A stretch of DNA of 25,173 nt from a virus (Duplodnaviria > Heunggongvirae > Uroviricota > Caudoviricetes). Below, piece by piece: positions 8,407 to 16,183 of this stretch (positions are counted from its first letter, which is position 1; each line of letters opens with the position of its first letter). Below the pieces are notes generated by a model. The model was not told the origin of the DNA. It saw only the letters and a list, made by a program, of their open reading frames with translations, and ran no database searches. The stretch lies in the IMG/VR virus record IMGVR_UViG_2703718872_000032; one strand, written 5' to 3'. A program made the position numbers and the translations under genes.

Positions 8407-9352
8407 ACGCCCACTGGTTATAAACACGCAGCTGGCAATGAAAATCGGCTTAAACGAAGCCATTGTTTTGCAACAACTGCACTACTGGTTGAGAGATACC
8501 AACTCCGGTATGGAATGTGATGGTGTTCGCTGGATTTATAACACAACGGAACAATGGCTGGAACAGTTCCCATTCTGGTCAGAGTCAACGTTAAAGCGCG
8601 CGTTTGCAAGTCTGAAAACGCTGGGGCTTTTGCGTTGTGAAAAGCTCAATAAATCAAAGCGCGATATGACCAATTTCTACACGATCAACTATGGGAGCGA
8701 GCTTTTAGATGGTGGCAAATTGAACGAATCCATCGGTTCAAAATGCGCCGCTCCATCAGGTCAAAATGACACGATGGAAGAGGTCAAAATGAAACGCTCC
8801 ATTGGTTCAAAACGACCCAATGTCATCGGGTCAAAATGGCCTGATGATCTTACAGAGAATACAACAGAGATTACTACAGAGAATAAAAACACTTTTCGTC
8901 CGGAAGCTTCGCAACCGGACCCGCAGACGACTGAACAGGATTTTTTAACCCGGAACCCCGACGCGGTTGTGTTTAGTGTGAAAAAACGCCAGTGGGGTAG
9001 CAGGGAGGATTTGGCGTGTGCGCAGTGGATTTGGGGGCGGATCGTGAACCTTTACGAACAGGCTGCCAGCGACGATGGAGAGATCATGCGACCAAAAGAG
9101 CCTAACTGGACAGCCTGGGCCAATGACGTGCGCACAATGCGGATGCTGGATGGCAGAAGCCATAGACAAATTTGCGAAATGTTTGGTCGGGTACAGCGGG
9201 ATCCATTCTGGGTAAAAAACATCATGAGCCCGTCAAAACTCCGCGAAAAATGGGACGAACTGGTCATCCGCCTGGGACGTTCACCTGAACAGCGTTGTGT
9301 GAATCATATTTCTGAACCGGATACAGAAATTCCGCCTGGTTTCAGAGGATAA
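8387..9352 (+). CDS. Phage replication initiator (lambda O-like organiser) containing the origin iterons
   Basis: Start at MSLLFAERPLVINTQ (internal Met of track ORF 8333..9352). Position after cro/cII-like genes. The gene body contains five 23-bp-spaced repeats that encode a repeated IGSK peptide motif, as in lambda O/ori. Confidence 0.7.
   Translation: MSLLFAERPLVINTQLAMKIGLNEAIVLQQLHYWLRDTNSGMECDGVRWIYNTTEQWLEQFPFWSESTLKRAFASLKTLGLLRCEKLNKSKRDMTNFYTINYGSELLDGGKLNESIGSKCAAPSGQNDTMEEVKMKRSIGSKRPNVIGSKWPDDLTENTTEITTENKNTFRPEASQPDPQTTEQDFLTRNPDAVVFSVKKRQWGSREDLACAQWIWGRIVNLYEQAASDDGEIMRPKEPNWTAWANDVRTMRMLDGRSHRQICEMFGRVQRDPFWVKNIMSPSKLREKWDELVIRLGRSPEQRCVNHISEPDTEIPPGFRG
8731..8838. repeat. 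Replication origin iterons: 5 direct repeats at exact 23-bp spacing (consensus catcggtcaaaatg)
   Basis: Copies start at 8731, 8754, 8777, 8800 and 8823. Followed by an A/T-rich stretch with acagaga repeats (8852..8885). Confidence 0.65.
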
Positions 9353-9392
9353 GTTTTGATTTCAGGTCATGAGGTAATTTTAAGGGGGACTT

Positions 9393-9794
9393 GTGGCAAA
9401 AGTTTTTACACAAGAAGAGCGGGAAAAAATTAAAGGGCAGGTGGTGGAACTCGTGCGCCAGAGTGGTCGTGAGACGTTACGGCAACTGGAAGCTAAAACA
9501 GGTGCGACTAGATATCTGATGAGCGTTCTTGCCAGAGAGCTGGTAGCCAGTGGCGATGTATACAACTCCGGCTACGGGTTATTCCCGTCTGAACAGGCGC
9601 GTAAGGACTGGCAAAACGCCCGCAAAAAACTATCGAGGGCAAAGGTGAAGAAAACAGCTGTGGTTGATCCGGACCTTATCTGGTCGTTACCTGATGGAGA
9701 AATACGTCGCTACGACAGTCGCCTAAACATAATCTGTCGCGAGTGCCGGATGAGTGAAGTTATGCAGCGCATACTGGCATTTTATCAGGGATAA
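9393..9794 (+). CDS. Hypothetical protein (133 aa), GTG start
   Basis: ORF preceded by taagggggac. Basic protein with a C-terminal CxxC. No family recognised. Confidence 0.45.
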   Translation: MAKVFTQEEREKIKGQVVELVRQSGRETLRQLEAKTGATRYLMSVLARELVASGDVYNSGYGLFPSEQARKDWQNARKKLSRAKVKKTAVVDPDLIWSLPDGEIRRYDSRLNIICRECRMSEVMQRILAFYQG

Positions 9795-9887
9795 TGTTAG
9801 GTATTTTAGACGTTACTAGATTAAAAAGCATTAGTTCAGGAGTGAATTGACATTCTCATTTTTCATGGCACAGGGTAGATCTGGCGT

Positions 9888-9917
9888 GGTTGTCCGCTTT
9901 GTGCCAGGAGCGGACGT
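9888..9917 (+). repeat. att-like site A: GGTTGTC + inverted repeat GTCCGC/GCGGAC + conserved 18-mer TGTGCCAGGAGCGGACGT
   Basis: 18-mer at 9900..9917 is identical to 12452..12469. Same GGTTGTC prefix as sites B and D. Confidence 0.5.
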
Positions 9918-10007
9918 TGCTAATGGCATGATGTATGAACCAATGGAGAACCGATCATCTATACACATATAGATCCCTAACGAAAATATTGTTTTCACTA
10001 GCCCTGT

Positions 10008-10044
10008 AATGGAAGCGTTAATTTTATATTCTAACGCTTCCATT
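10008..10044. repeat. Perfect 13-bp palindrome with 11-nt loop (aatggaagcgtta ... taacgcttccatt)
   Basis: Read directly. Lies 3' of the SDR gene but is not followed by a T-tract on either strand. Confidence 0.5.
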
Positions 10045-10096
10045 GAGCCTACCACTTTGGCAAAGCAATTCTTACACTTCAAAATAATGTGCTTTT

Positions 10097-10843
10097 TTAT
10101 TCAGCTAAATAACCGCCATCGATTGGATAAACGCCTCCGGTACAGAATGTAGAACTGTCTGACAGCAAGAACAATATGAAGTCTGCTATTTCCTGCATTT
10201 TTGCCATCCTTTTCATAGGGTGGCTATTTGCGAAACTACTTACAATATTTTCAGGGAACTCACTCATTCTTTGGGTTTGGACATAGCCCGGAGCGACTGC
10301 ATTGATTCGAATGCCTTGACATGCAAACTCTAGCGCTGCGGTTTGGGTTAAACCGATTATACCATGTTTAGCCACGGTGTAAGGTGCTAATCCAGGAATG
10401 CCAACCAGACCATTTACTGCAGATAAATTAACTATAGATCCACCAAACTTCATCATCTGGGGTATTTCATATTTTAGGCAGTGAAAAACGCCGCTCAATG
10501 AGGTAGCAATAACCTTATCCCAGTTTTCAACTGTCTGCTCTGTTATATTTTTACCATGTTCACCTGTTAAGCCTGCATTATTTACAGCATAATCAAGTCT
10601 GCCGAAATGTTTGATAACCTCATCTATCATTTGCCGTACTTGTTCGGGCTGTGACACATCACATCCGATCCCCATGGCTTGTTGTCCCTGTGAAGATAAT
10701 TGTTCCGCTTTTTGTTTAGCCTGTTCTGACGAGCGGGATACAATAACAACTTTTGCACCATGCTTATGTAATTGCTCTGCGACGGCCTCACCTATACCTG
10801 TAGTGCTTCCTGTTATAACGGCAATTTTATTCTGGAAATTCAT
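10097..10843 (-). CDS. Short-chain dehydrogenase/reductase (SDR) family oxidoreductase (248 aa)
   Basis: TGxxxGIG cofactor motif (ITGSTTGIGEA), NNAG, and catalytic YxxxK (YTVAKHG). ATG at 10843 preceded by AGGGGG. Confidence 0.85.
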   Translation of the reverse strand: MNFQNKIAVITGSTTGIGEAVAEQLHKHGAKVVIVSRSSEQAKQKAEQLSSQGQQAMGIGCDVSQPEQVRQMIDEVIKHFGRLDYAVNNAGLTGEHGKNITEQTVENWDKVIATSLSGVFHCLKYEIPQMMKFGGSIVNLSAVNGLVGIPGLAPYTVAKHGIIGLTQTAALEFACQGIRINAVAPGYVQTQRMSEFPENIVSSFANSHPMKRMAKMQEIADFILFLLSDSSTFCTGGVYPIDGGYLAE

Positions 10844-10914
10844 AACCACCCCCTATGAAGTAGAATTGAGTCTTTCATCTGGGATAGTATACAAACCATC
10901 TGTGACAGTTTTTG

Positions 10915-11604
10915 TCAGTACTCTTTCCCCTCGCAGATCCCTTCTTTTATTCTCCATTTTTTCAATAAAATTGTCCTGCTTTCACTATAGTTGGAGTCAA
11001 GTTGCACAATATCTTCAATTTTGTCAGTTCTAAAATGACGAAAATCATTTCTCATCTCGCACCATGCAACCAAAAGCCAGCACGATTCCATGTATACCAA
11101 TCCGATGGGCCATATGACTCGTGAAGTGTAAGAATCTTTTTTATCACAATAATTTATTTTGATTTTCTTTCTTTTTTTTATAGCATTGCGAATGTCTTCA
11201 AAAAAAATCTCATTGTTTTCTGATGGACCGATCAGATAGGATTGACTCTCAATAAGATTTTTCAATTCACTGGGAATGACGGCGTGTATTTTCGCAAGCG
11301 CATTCTTTGCGGTAATTTTGAAATTATAATCTGTATTGTGCGATACCCAATTTAACCCAAGTGTAATAGCATTAATTTCTTCATGAGAAAGATTTAAGGG
11401 GGGCAAATGAAAGTCAGATTTAACAATATAACCAATTCCAGCACCACCTTCAATGCATACTCCTTGATGCTGCAGCGTTTTTATATCTCTGTAAAGGGAG
11501 CGTACACTTATTCCCAATCTTTCTGAGAGGATGGATGCTGTGATCGGATATCTTTGTGCCCTTAATATTTGTAGTAACTCGAGAAGTCTTTCTGTTCTAG
11601 TCAT
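10915..11604 (-). CDS. HTH + WYL-domain transcriptional regulator (YafY-like), 229 aa
   Basis: N-terminal HTH (MTRTERLLELLQILRAQRYPITASILSERLGISVRSLYRDIKTL) followed by a WYL-like central region. Same strand as the SDR gene, immediately upstream of it. Confidence 0.75.
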   Translation of the reverse strand: MTRTERLLELLQILRAQRYPITASILSERLGISVRSLYRDIKTLQHQGVCIEGGAGIGYIVKSDFHLPPLNLSHEEINAITLGLNWVSHNTDYNFKITAKNALAKIHAVIPSELKNLIESQSYLIGPSENNEIFFEDIRNAIKKRKKIKINYCDKKDSYTSRVIWPIGLVYMESCWLLVAWCEMRNDFRHFRTDKIEDIVQLDSNYSESRTILLKKWRIKEGICEGKEY

Positions 11605-11822
11605 GTTGATAAATCCATTTTGAGGCGATTTCTTAAAGCATCTGTTAGATAAACATATTAGTACAAAGCAAGTGTACATGGCTAAGCTGAACTGCTACCG
11701 ATGATTAATACAGCGCTATGTTCGTAATGCGTACATAAGCGGTGATCATGAGTGTAAACATCCGCTTTTCGCTTATAAGGGACAACCATACTCAAATTTC
11801 CCACATTGCAGGAGATTTGAGT

Positions 11823-12425
11823 ATGAATACGTCACCGTGGAACAAAGACCGTATCATCGGCCAAAAAAGACCACTTCAGATATCTCATATCTGGGGGATC
11901 CGAATCCGGCTTGAACTGGAAGGTAAAACGCGCGATTTAGCTCTGTTCAATATGGCCCTGGACAGTAAGCTTCGAGGCTGTGATCTGGTCAAACTCAAAG
12001 TATCGGATGTGGCATATGGTAGTTCGGTTTCAAGCAGAGCAACGGTGTTGCAACAGAAAACCGGTAGCCCTGTGCAATTCGAGATAACCAAAGGGACAAG
12101 AGAAGCTGTTGCTGCATTGATAAAGCTTGGCAATTTGCACAGTAAAGACTTCTTGTTTCGGTCTCGGGTCGGAACTAACCAGCACATTTCAACCCGGCAA
12201 TACAACCGAATCTTTCATGGGTGGATAGAAAAACTTGGTCTCGAAGGTTCACTTTACAGCACACATTCAATGAGAAGAACAAAACCTTACCTGATCTACA
12301 AGAAAACCAAGAATCTCCGGGTGATCCAACTTCTGTTGGGTCATAAGAAACTGGAAAGCACAGTCCGTTATCTGGGCATTGAAGTCGATGATGCGTTAGA
12401 GATCTCTGAATCGATTGAAGTCTAA
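11823..12425 (+). CDS. Small tyrosine site-specific recombinase, FimB/FimE-like (catalytic domain only, 200 aa)
   Basis: ATG at 11823 preceded by AGGAGA. Alignable by eye to FimE: RDLALFNMALDSKLRGCDL vs ARDYCLILLAYRHGMRISEL; STHSMRRT vs THPHMLRH; LLLGHKKLESTVRYL vs DYLGHRNIRHTVRYT (conserved R, H-x-x-R, H, Y). Confidence 0.8.
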   Translation: MNTSPWNKDRIIGQKRPLQISHIWGIRIRLELEGKTRDLALFNMALDSKLRGCDLVKLKVSDVAYGSSVSSRATVLQQKTGSPVQFEITKGTREAVAALIKLGNLHSKDFLFRSRVGTNQHISTRQYNRIFHGWIEKLGLEGSLYSTHSMRRTKPYLIYKKTKNLRVIQLLLGHKKLESTVRYLGIEVDDALEISESIEV

Positions 12426-12469
12426 GGTTGTCAGGGCTGCAACAGCAGCCCTGTGCCAGGAGCGGACGT
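12426..12469 (+). repeat. att-like site B: GGTTGTC + perfect hairpin GGGCTGC-AACA-GCAGCCC + 18-mer TGTGCCAGGAGCGGACGT
   Basis: Starts right after the recombinase stop codon. 18-mer identical to site A; whole site is near-duplicated (degenerate) at 13971..14014. Confidence 0.55.
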
Positions 12470-12576
12470 CTAGTTCGCTGAACCACAAAAAGTCGTTTCT
12501 AGTTATATTACTGGCTCATTAGTATCTTTATGCGATAATATTTCATACAACCAAAATTATGATGAAGGGAGTTCAA

Positions 12577-13698
12577 ATGGCAATTACGGTCTATTCTCGT
12601 ACATTCAAAAAGGAATTGGACATGGTTCAATTGTTAAACCATTACTCATCAGATAACGCACTCAATTTCAGTGATTTCAAGGAATTTGTTGCCTTTGATG
12701 CAGAGTGCCCAATTTGCAATGTAAGCGGTGCGATTGTTGTTTCAGAAGGTTATTCGAAAAGAACAAATAAGATAGTCAGCCAATCTCATTTTGCGTTTAG
12801 AACAAAAGACGGAACTGATGCACACAAAGTATTTTGCGATCATTACAGTGGTGATGATAAGCAAATAGATTCATCAAGGGATGGTTTTATAAAATTCGGC
12901 ACCTCAGGTTCTGAGATTACAAGTATAATTCGCGAGCTTGTATGTAGAGGTATTGAACATGATGAGTTCAATCAGGAAGATATTCGAAACATGCGGCAAT
13001 GGTTTACAGAATTACGCCAGTCAGGCACTTTTTCTGTTAACTATAGCCCTCACATGATCAATCTAATAAGGGCCAGCATGTATTCCCGTAAGGGAGAAAG
13101 TAAATATATTGTAGATGAAGAGAGGAAAAATAAATCTTGGTTTGATATAAACGATGAAGTGTATCGTTCGTTAAGATTCAAATATCCATCATTGATGATC
13201 GACATGACTAATGAAAATAATTCTGTTTTCTATAATCTTGTGAATAGTACCACATTTACTAAACAAGCACATCGATTAGTAGCACGAGATCGAGGTTATC
13301 AGGTTTATGATAGAAGGTTGCTTAAAGAAAAATATGAAGCAACGATAAGAGTTGCACAAAAAATAACCAGGCATCACGAATTTCTTTTTAGGAAAATCAG
13401 GGGTATATCCGCTGTTAAAAAAAACAACCCCCTTTTGGCTGTATCTGCCTTGCTTCTTTTTGTCTCGGACTGGAATGAAACAACTGCAATCAACAAATTC
13501 ATCAAATTGTGTGGTGTAGGGAAATCTAAAAATAATGATGAGGGGAATGTAATTGGCTTAAATCCCTTTATTCATTACGATGTCTGGAATGTTATTCATC
13601 AACTTAAGGATTTAATGGTTACACTTCCAGACTTCTCAAATCTTGATGAAGAATTTGACAGAGAAAAATCCAGATTAATTGAACTTTACAAGCTCTAA
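12577..13698 (+). CDS. Hypothetical protein (373 aa), AT-rich cargo gene of unknown function
   Basis: Long ORF with AAGGGAG RBS 5 nt before the ATG at 12577. Visibly lower GC than the flanking phage genes. Contains CPICN and CDH motifs. No family recognised. Confidence 0.65.
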   Translation: MAITVYSRTFKKELDMVQLLNHYSSDNALNFSDFKEFVAFDAECPICNVSGAIVVSEGYSKRTNKIVSQSHFAFRTKDGTDAHKVFCDHYSGDDKQIDSSRDGFIKFGTSGSEITSIIRELVCRGIEHDEFNQEDIRNMRQWFTELRQSGTFSVNYSPHMINLIRASMYSRKGESKYIVDEERKNKSWFDINDEVYRSLRFKYPSLMIDMTNENNSVFYNLVNSTTFTKQAHRLVARDRGYQVYDRRLLKEKYEATIRVAQKITRHHEFLFRKIRGISAVKKNNPLLAVSALLLFVSDWNETTAINKFIKLCGVGKSKNNDEGNVIGLNPFIHYDVWNVIHQLKDLMVTLPDFSNLDEEFDREKSRLIELYKL

Positions 13699-13740
13699 CA
13701 TAAACTAGCAGGCTGCGTATACAGTCTGCTAATTTTCATA

Positions 13741-13970
13741 GTAAAGACTTCATGCTTCAGTCTCGAGTTGGAGCTATCCGTCACACATCACCCAGGCAAT
13801 TCAACCGAAATTTTTCATGGGGGGTAGAGAAGTTTTGTCTCGAAGATTTGCTTTACAGCATACTAATCATTGAACCTCTGTTGAACCATAAGAAACTGGC
13901 AAGCACAATCCGTTGCTTGGGCATTGAATTCGACGATGCGTCGTATAGCTCTGACTTGAACAAAACATAA
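13741..13970 (+). pseudogene. Degenerate duplicate of the recombinase 3' end (about 230 bp, with internal deletion)
   Basis: DNA from agtaaagacttc onward parallels 12141..12425. Translation FNRNFSWGVEKFCLEDLLYS...LNHKKLASTIRCLGIEFDDA parallels YNRIFHGWIEKLGLEGSLYS...LGHKKLESTVRYLGIEVDDA but lacks the catalytic H-x-x-R block. Confidence 0.65.
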
Positions 13971-14014
13971 GGTTTTTAGGGCTGCAACAGCACCTCTGTG
14001 TCATAGGCGGAAGT
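13971..14014 (+). repeat. att-like site C (degenerate copy of site B)
   Basis: ggtttttagggctgcaacagcacctctgtgtcataggcggaagt versus site B ggttgtcagggctgcaacagcagccctgtgccaggagcggacgt. Confidence 0.45.
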
Positions 14015-14311
14015 TAACAAACATTAAAATCTCTAAATCTGTAGGGATCAGACTCCTTCTATAAAAGGATACTGTTCATATCCTTAGTTGTATATAGGTG
14101 TGTTTAGAGTATTAGGATGCTAGTTTTGAAAATTAATTTTTTAAACATATTGAATTTTTTAAGAATTGGGAATAGTGTATAGCTTTGTCATGGCGGATTT
14201 TTTCTCTTCAAGTATTTATTTGAACACTACTTCTTGCACCTGCAAGGTTACAATATCGTGTAAATTTGTTCACAAAGACATAGATTATAATTTTTACTTA
14301 AAGGAAATTCA

Positions 14312-15565
14312 ATGTCAAAAAATCTCCCGGTTTTATTAAGCTCGCCATCAACAACTAATTTTCCTGCAACAGTTAATACTGAAATAGAATTCCTTTCGCA
14401 AGCTAGAAAGTTGTTAGATTCTGGCTTCCCTGATCATGCTCTTTTAGATATATGGAATGCATCCATTCATAATCTTAGGCGGCGAATTGAGGCTTATGGT
14501 TTAGACTTATTCCTTTCCGCAATAAAGGATGATAGTGGTCGTAAAAAATATGATAAAGATGGTGAAACAATAAACGAGAGATGGTCAGGTGTAGATGATT
14601 TAGTGCTAATAAGTGGAGCCACCAAATTAGGGGTTCTGCATAAGAAAGCTGGAAAATCATTAGAAATGATCAATTGGATGAGAAACCATGCCTCTCCAGC
14701 CCATGCAAGTGATAGTAAAGTAGAGTCTGAGGATGTGTTTGCTTTGGCTCTTATGCTCCAGAAGAATTTATTCGAATCTGATATGCCAGACCCTGGACAT
14801 TCGCCATCTGGATTATTTGAACCCATAAAAAAATCTGAACTATCAATTGAGAGCATAGACTTACTTAAAGATCAAATAAGAGCATTTAAGCAAGCTGATA
14901 TAAGAATAACATTTGGATTTTTATTGGATTTAATAACTAAGGGGGAAAATCCTGCTTATGTTAATGCTAGCAAGTTGTTTGAACAAGCATGGGAAAGATC
15001 TAATGATGACCTTAAAAAAACAGCGGGGGAAAGATATCACTCATTTATGCTGGAGCCCGAATCGGATACAAGTGAGGATAAAGGAGCAAAAATAAGAATT
15101 TTAGAGACTTTAGTAAAAGTTAATGGTGTGAAATTTATACCTGATGCTGCTAGGGCAAGTTTATACAGACATGCGGTTAAACAGCTAGCTAAAGCTAAGG
15201 ATACATCTTACGGCTGGAATGATGAAGAAAGAGCAGCCAAGGCACTTATACAATTTGGACCTCATGTTCCATCTATTGCTTTTGAAGATGTATATCAAGA
15301 AATACTTACTGTTTGGGTGGGGAATTACTGGGGAAGATCTGATGCACATTTAGTACTTCAACCATTTTTAGATGTGTTAAATAGTAATCAATTGATGGCT
15401 CTCTCACGGTTGTTCGTGGAGAATGAAAGAGCAAATTCAGAACTGGTGTCATCAAGGCCCAAAAGAAGAGCAATAGAATTACTTGAGATAATAAAAAATA
15501 ATCTAACAATTCAAGCAAGCATTGATGAAATTGATAGGATTATTTCTGAAATTGATAAAATGTAA
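14312..15565 (+). CDS. Hypothetical protein (417 aa), AT-rich cargo gene of unknown function
   Basis: Long ORF with AAGGAAA RBS and an AT-rich upstream promoter region. Intrinsic terminator directly downstream. No family recognised. Confidence 0.7.
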   Translation: MSKNLPVLLSSPSTTNFPATVNTEIEFLSQARKLLDSGFPDHALLDIWNASIHNLRRRIEAYGLDLFLSAIKDDSGRKKYDKDGETINERWSGVDDLVLISGATKLGVLHKKAGKSLEMINWMRNHASPAHASDSKVESEDVFALALMLQKNLFESDMPDPGHSPSGLFEPIKKSELSIESIDLLKDQIRAFKQADIRITFGFLLDLITKGENPAYVNASKLFEQAWERSNDDLKKTAGERYHSFMLEPESDTSEDKGAKIRILETLVKVNGVKFIPDAARASLYRHAVKQLAKAKDTSYGWNDEERAAKALIQFGPHVPSIAFEDVYQEILTVWVGNYWGRSDAHLVLQPFLDVLNSNQLMALSRLFVENERANSELVSSRPKRRAIELLEIIKNNLTIQASIDEIDRIISEIDKM

Positions 15566-15577
15566 TTTATTTGCAAT

Positions 15578-15610
15578 TAAGCCATGCTTTTTAGGTGGCT
15601 TATTTTTTTT
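15578..15610 (+). terminator. Rho-independent terminator after the 417-aa gene
   Basis: Stem taagcca/tggctta with 11-nt loop, followed by an 8-T run. Confidence 0.6.
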
Positions 15611-15682
15611 GAATCTACTACTTATATTGATATTAGCAATGTAATTGCTAAAGTATTCCTAGCCCACTATTCATCTAAATAT

Positions 15683-15741
15683 GGTTGTCGAAAGGCCCGC
15701 TTCTCGCTCAAAGCGGACTAGAAGGTTAGCTTGTGTCGGAC
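15683..15741 (+). repeat. Possible degenerate att-like site(s) D
   Basis: ggttgtc + inverted repeat ccgctt/aagcgg + agcggac (15683..15718), then aaggtt...tgtgtcggac (15722..15741). These resemble the outer motifs of sites A and B but without the intact 18-mer. Confidence 0.25.
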
Positions 15742-16183
15742 TTTGCGTATTAAATGACTAGTGGTTGAGCCCCATTTCCACAGAAAAAATCAGAGAAACT
15801 ATACCCAATAGTTGTATTGAATCACTGACGAGACAGCCTCATATTCATCAGGACTGGTGTACGTCCAATACAGGAGGTTGTGGTGCTGGTTCTCAAATGT
15901 GCGCTGGCTATTACGGCTGTAATGGCGATTTATTGTCTTGCTATTGTTCTTATGGATCGCCTTTCTGACTGATTTCACATTGGCGAGGTAACGGTAGTTA
16001 AGTAGAATGGCTGCGGGTGCTTGAGGCTATCTGCCTCGGGCATGAACACCAACGGCAGATAGAGAAAAGCCCCAGTTAACATTACGCGTCCTGCAAGACG
16101 CTTAACATTAATCTGAGGCCAATTTCATGCTAGACATATGTAGGTTAGCCTCTTACGTGCCGAAAGGCAAGGAGAAGCAGGCT

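Noticed and set aside
8731-8838. Regularly spaced short repeats that could be mistaken for a CRISPR array
   Set aside because: The period is 23 bp with only about 15 bp conserved and no unique spacers of uniform length. The repeats lie inside a replication-initiator ORF and encode a repeated peptide motif, as expected for origin iterons.
9831-10082. 83-aa minus-strand ORF overlapping att-like site A and the 13-bp palindrome
   Set aside because: It spans repeat and palindrome sequence, has no RBS, and is more parsimoniously noncoding intergenic DNA.
15765-15968. 67-aa Cys/Gly-rich ORF (…NTGGCGAGSQMCAGYYGCNGDLLSCYCSYGSPF) that superficially resembles a microcin precursor
   Set aside because: No RBS at its ATG. 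The strong AGGAGG inside it serves a different frame (the 30-codon hydrophobic ORF). There is no Gly-Gly leader/core organisation and no neighbouring maturation or export genes.
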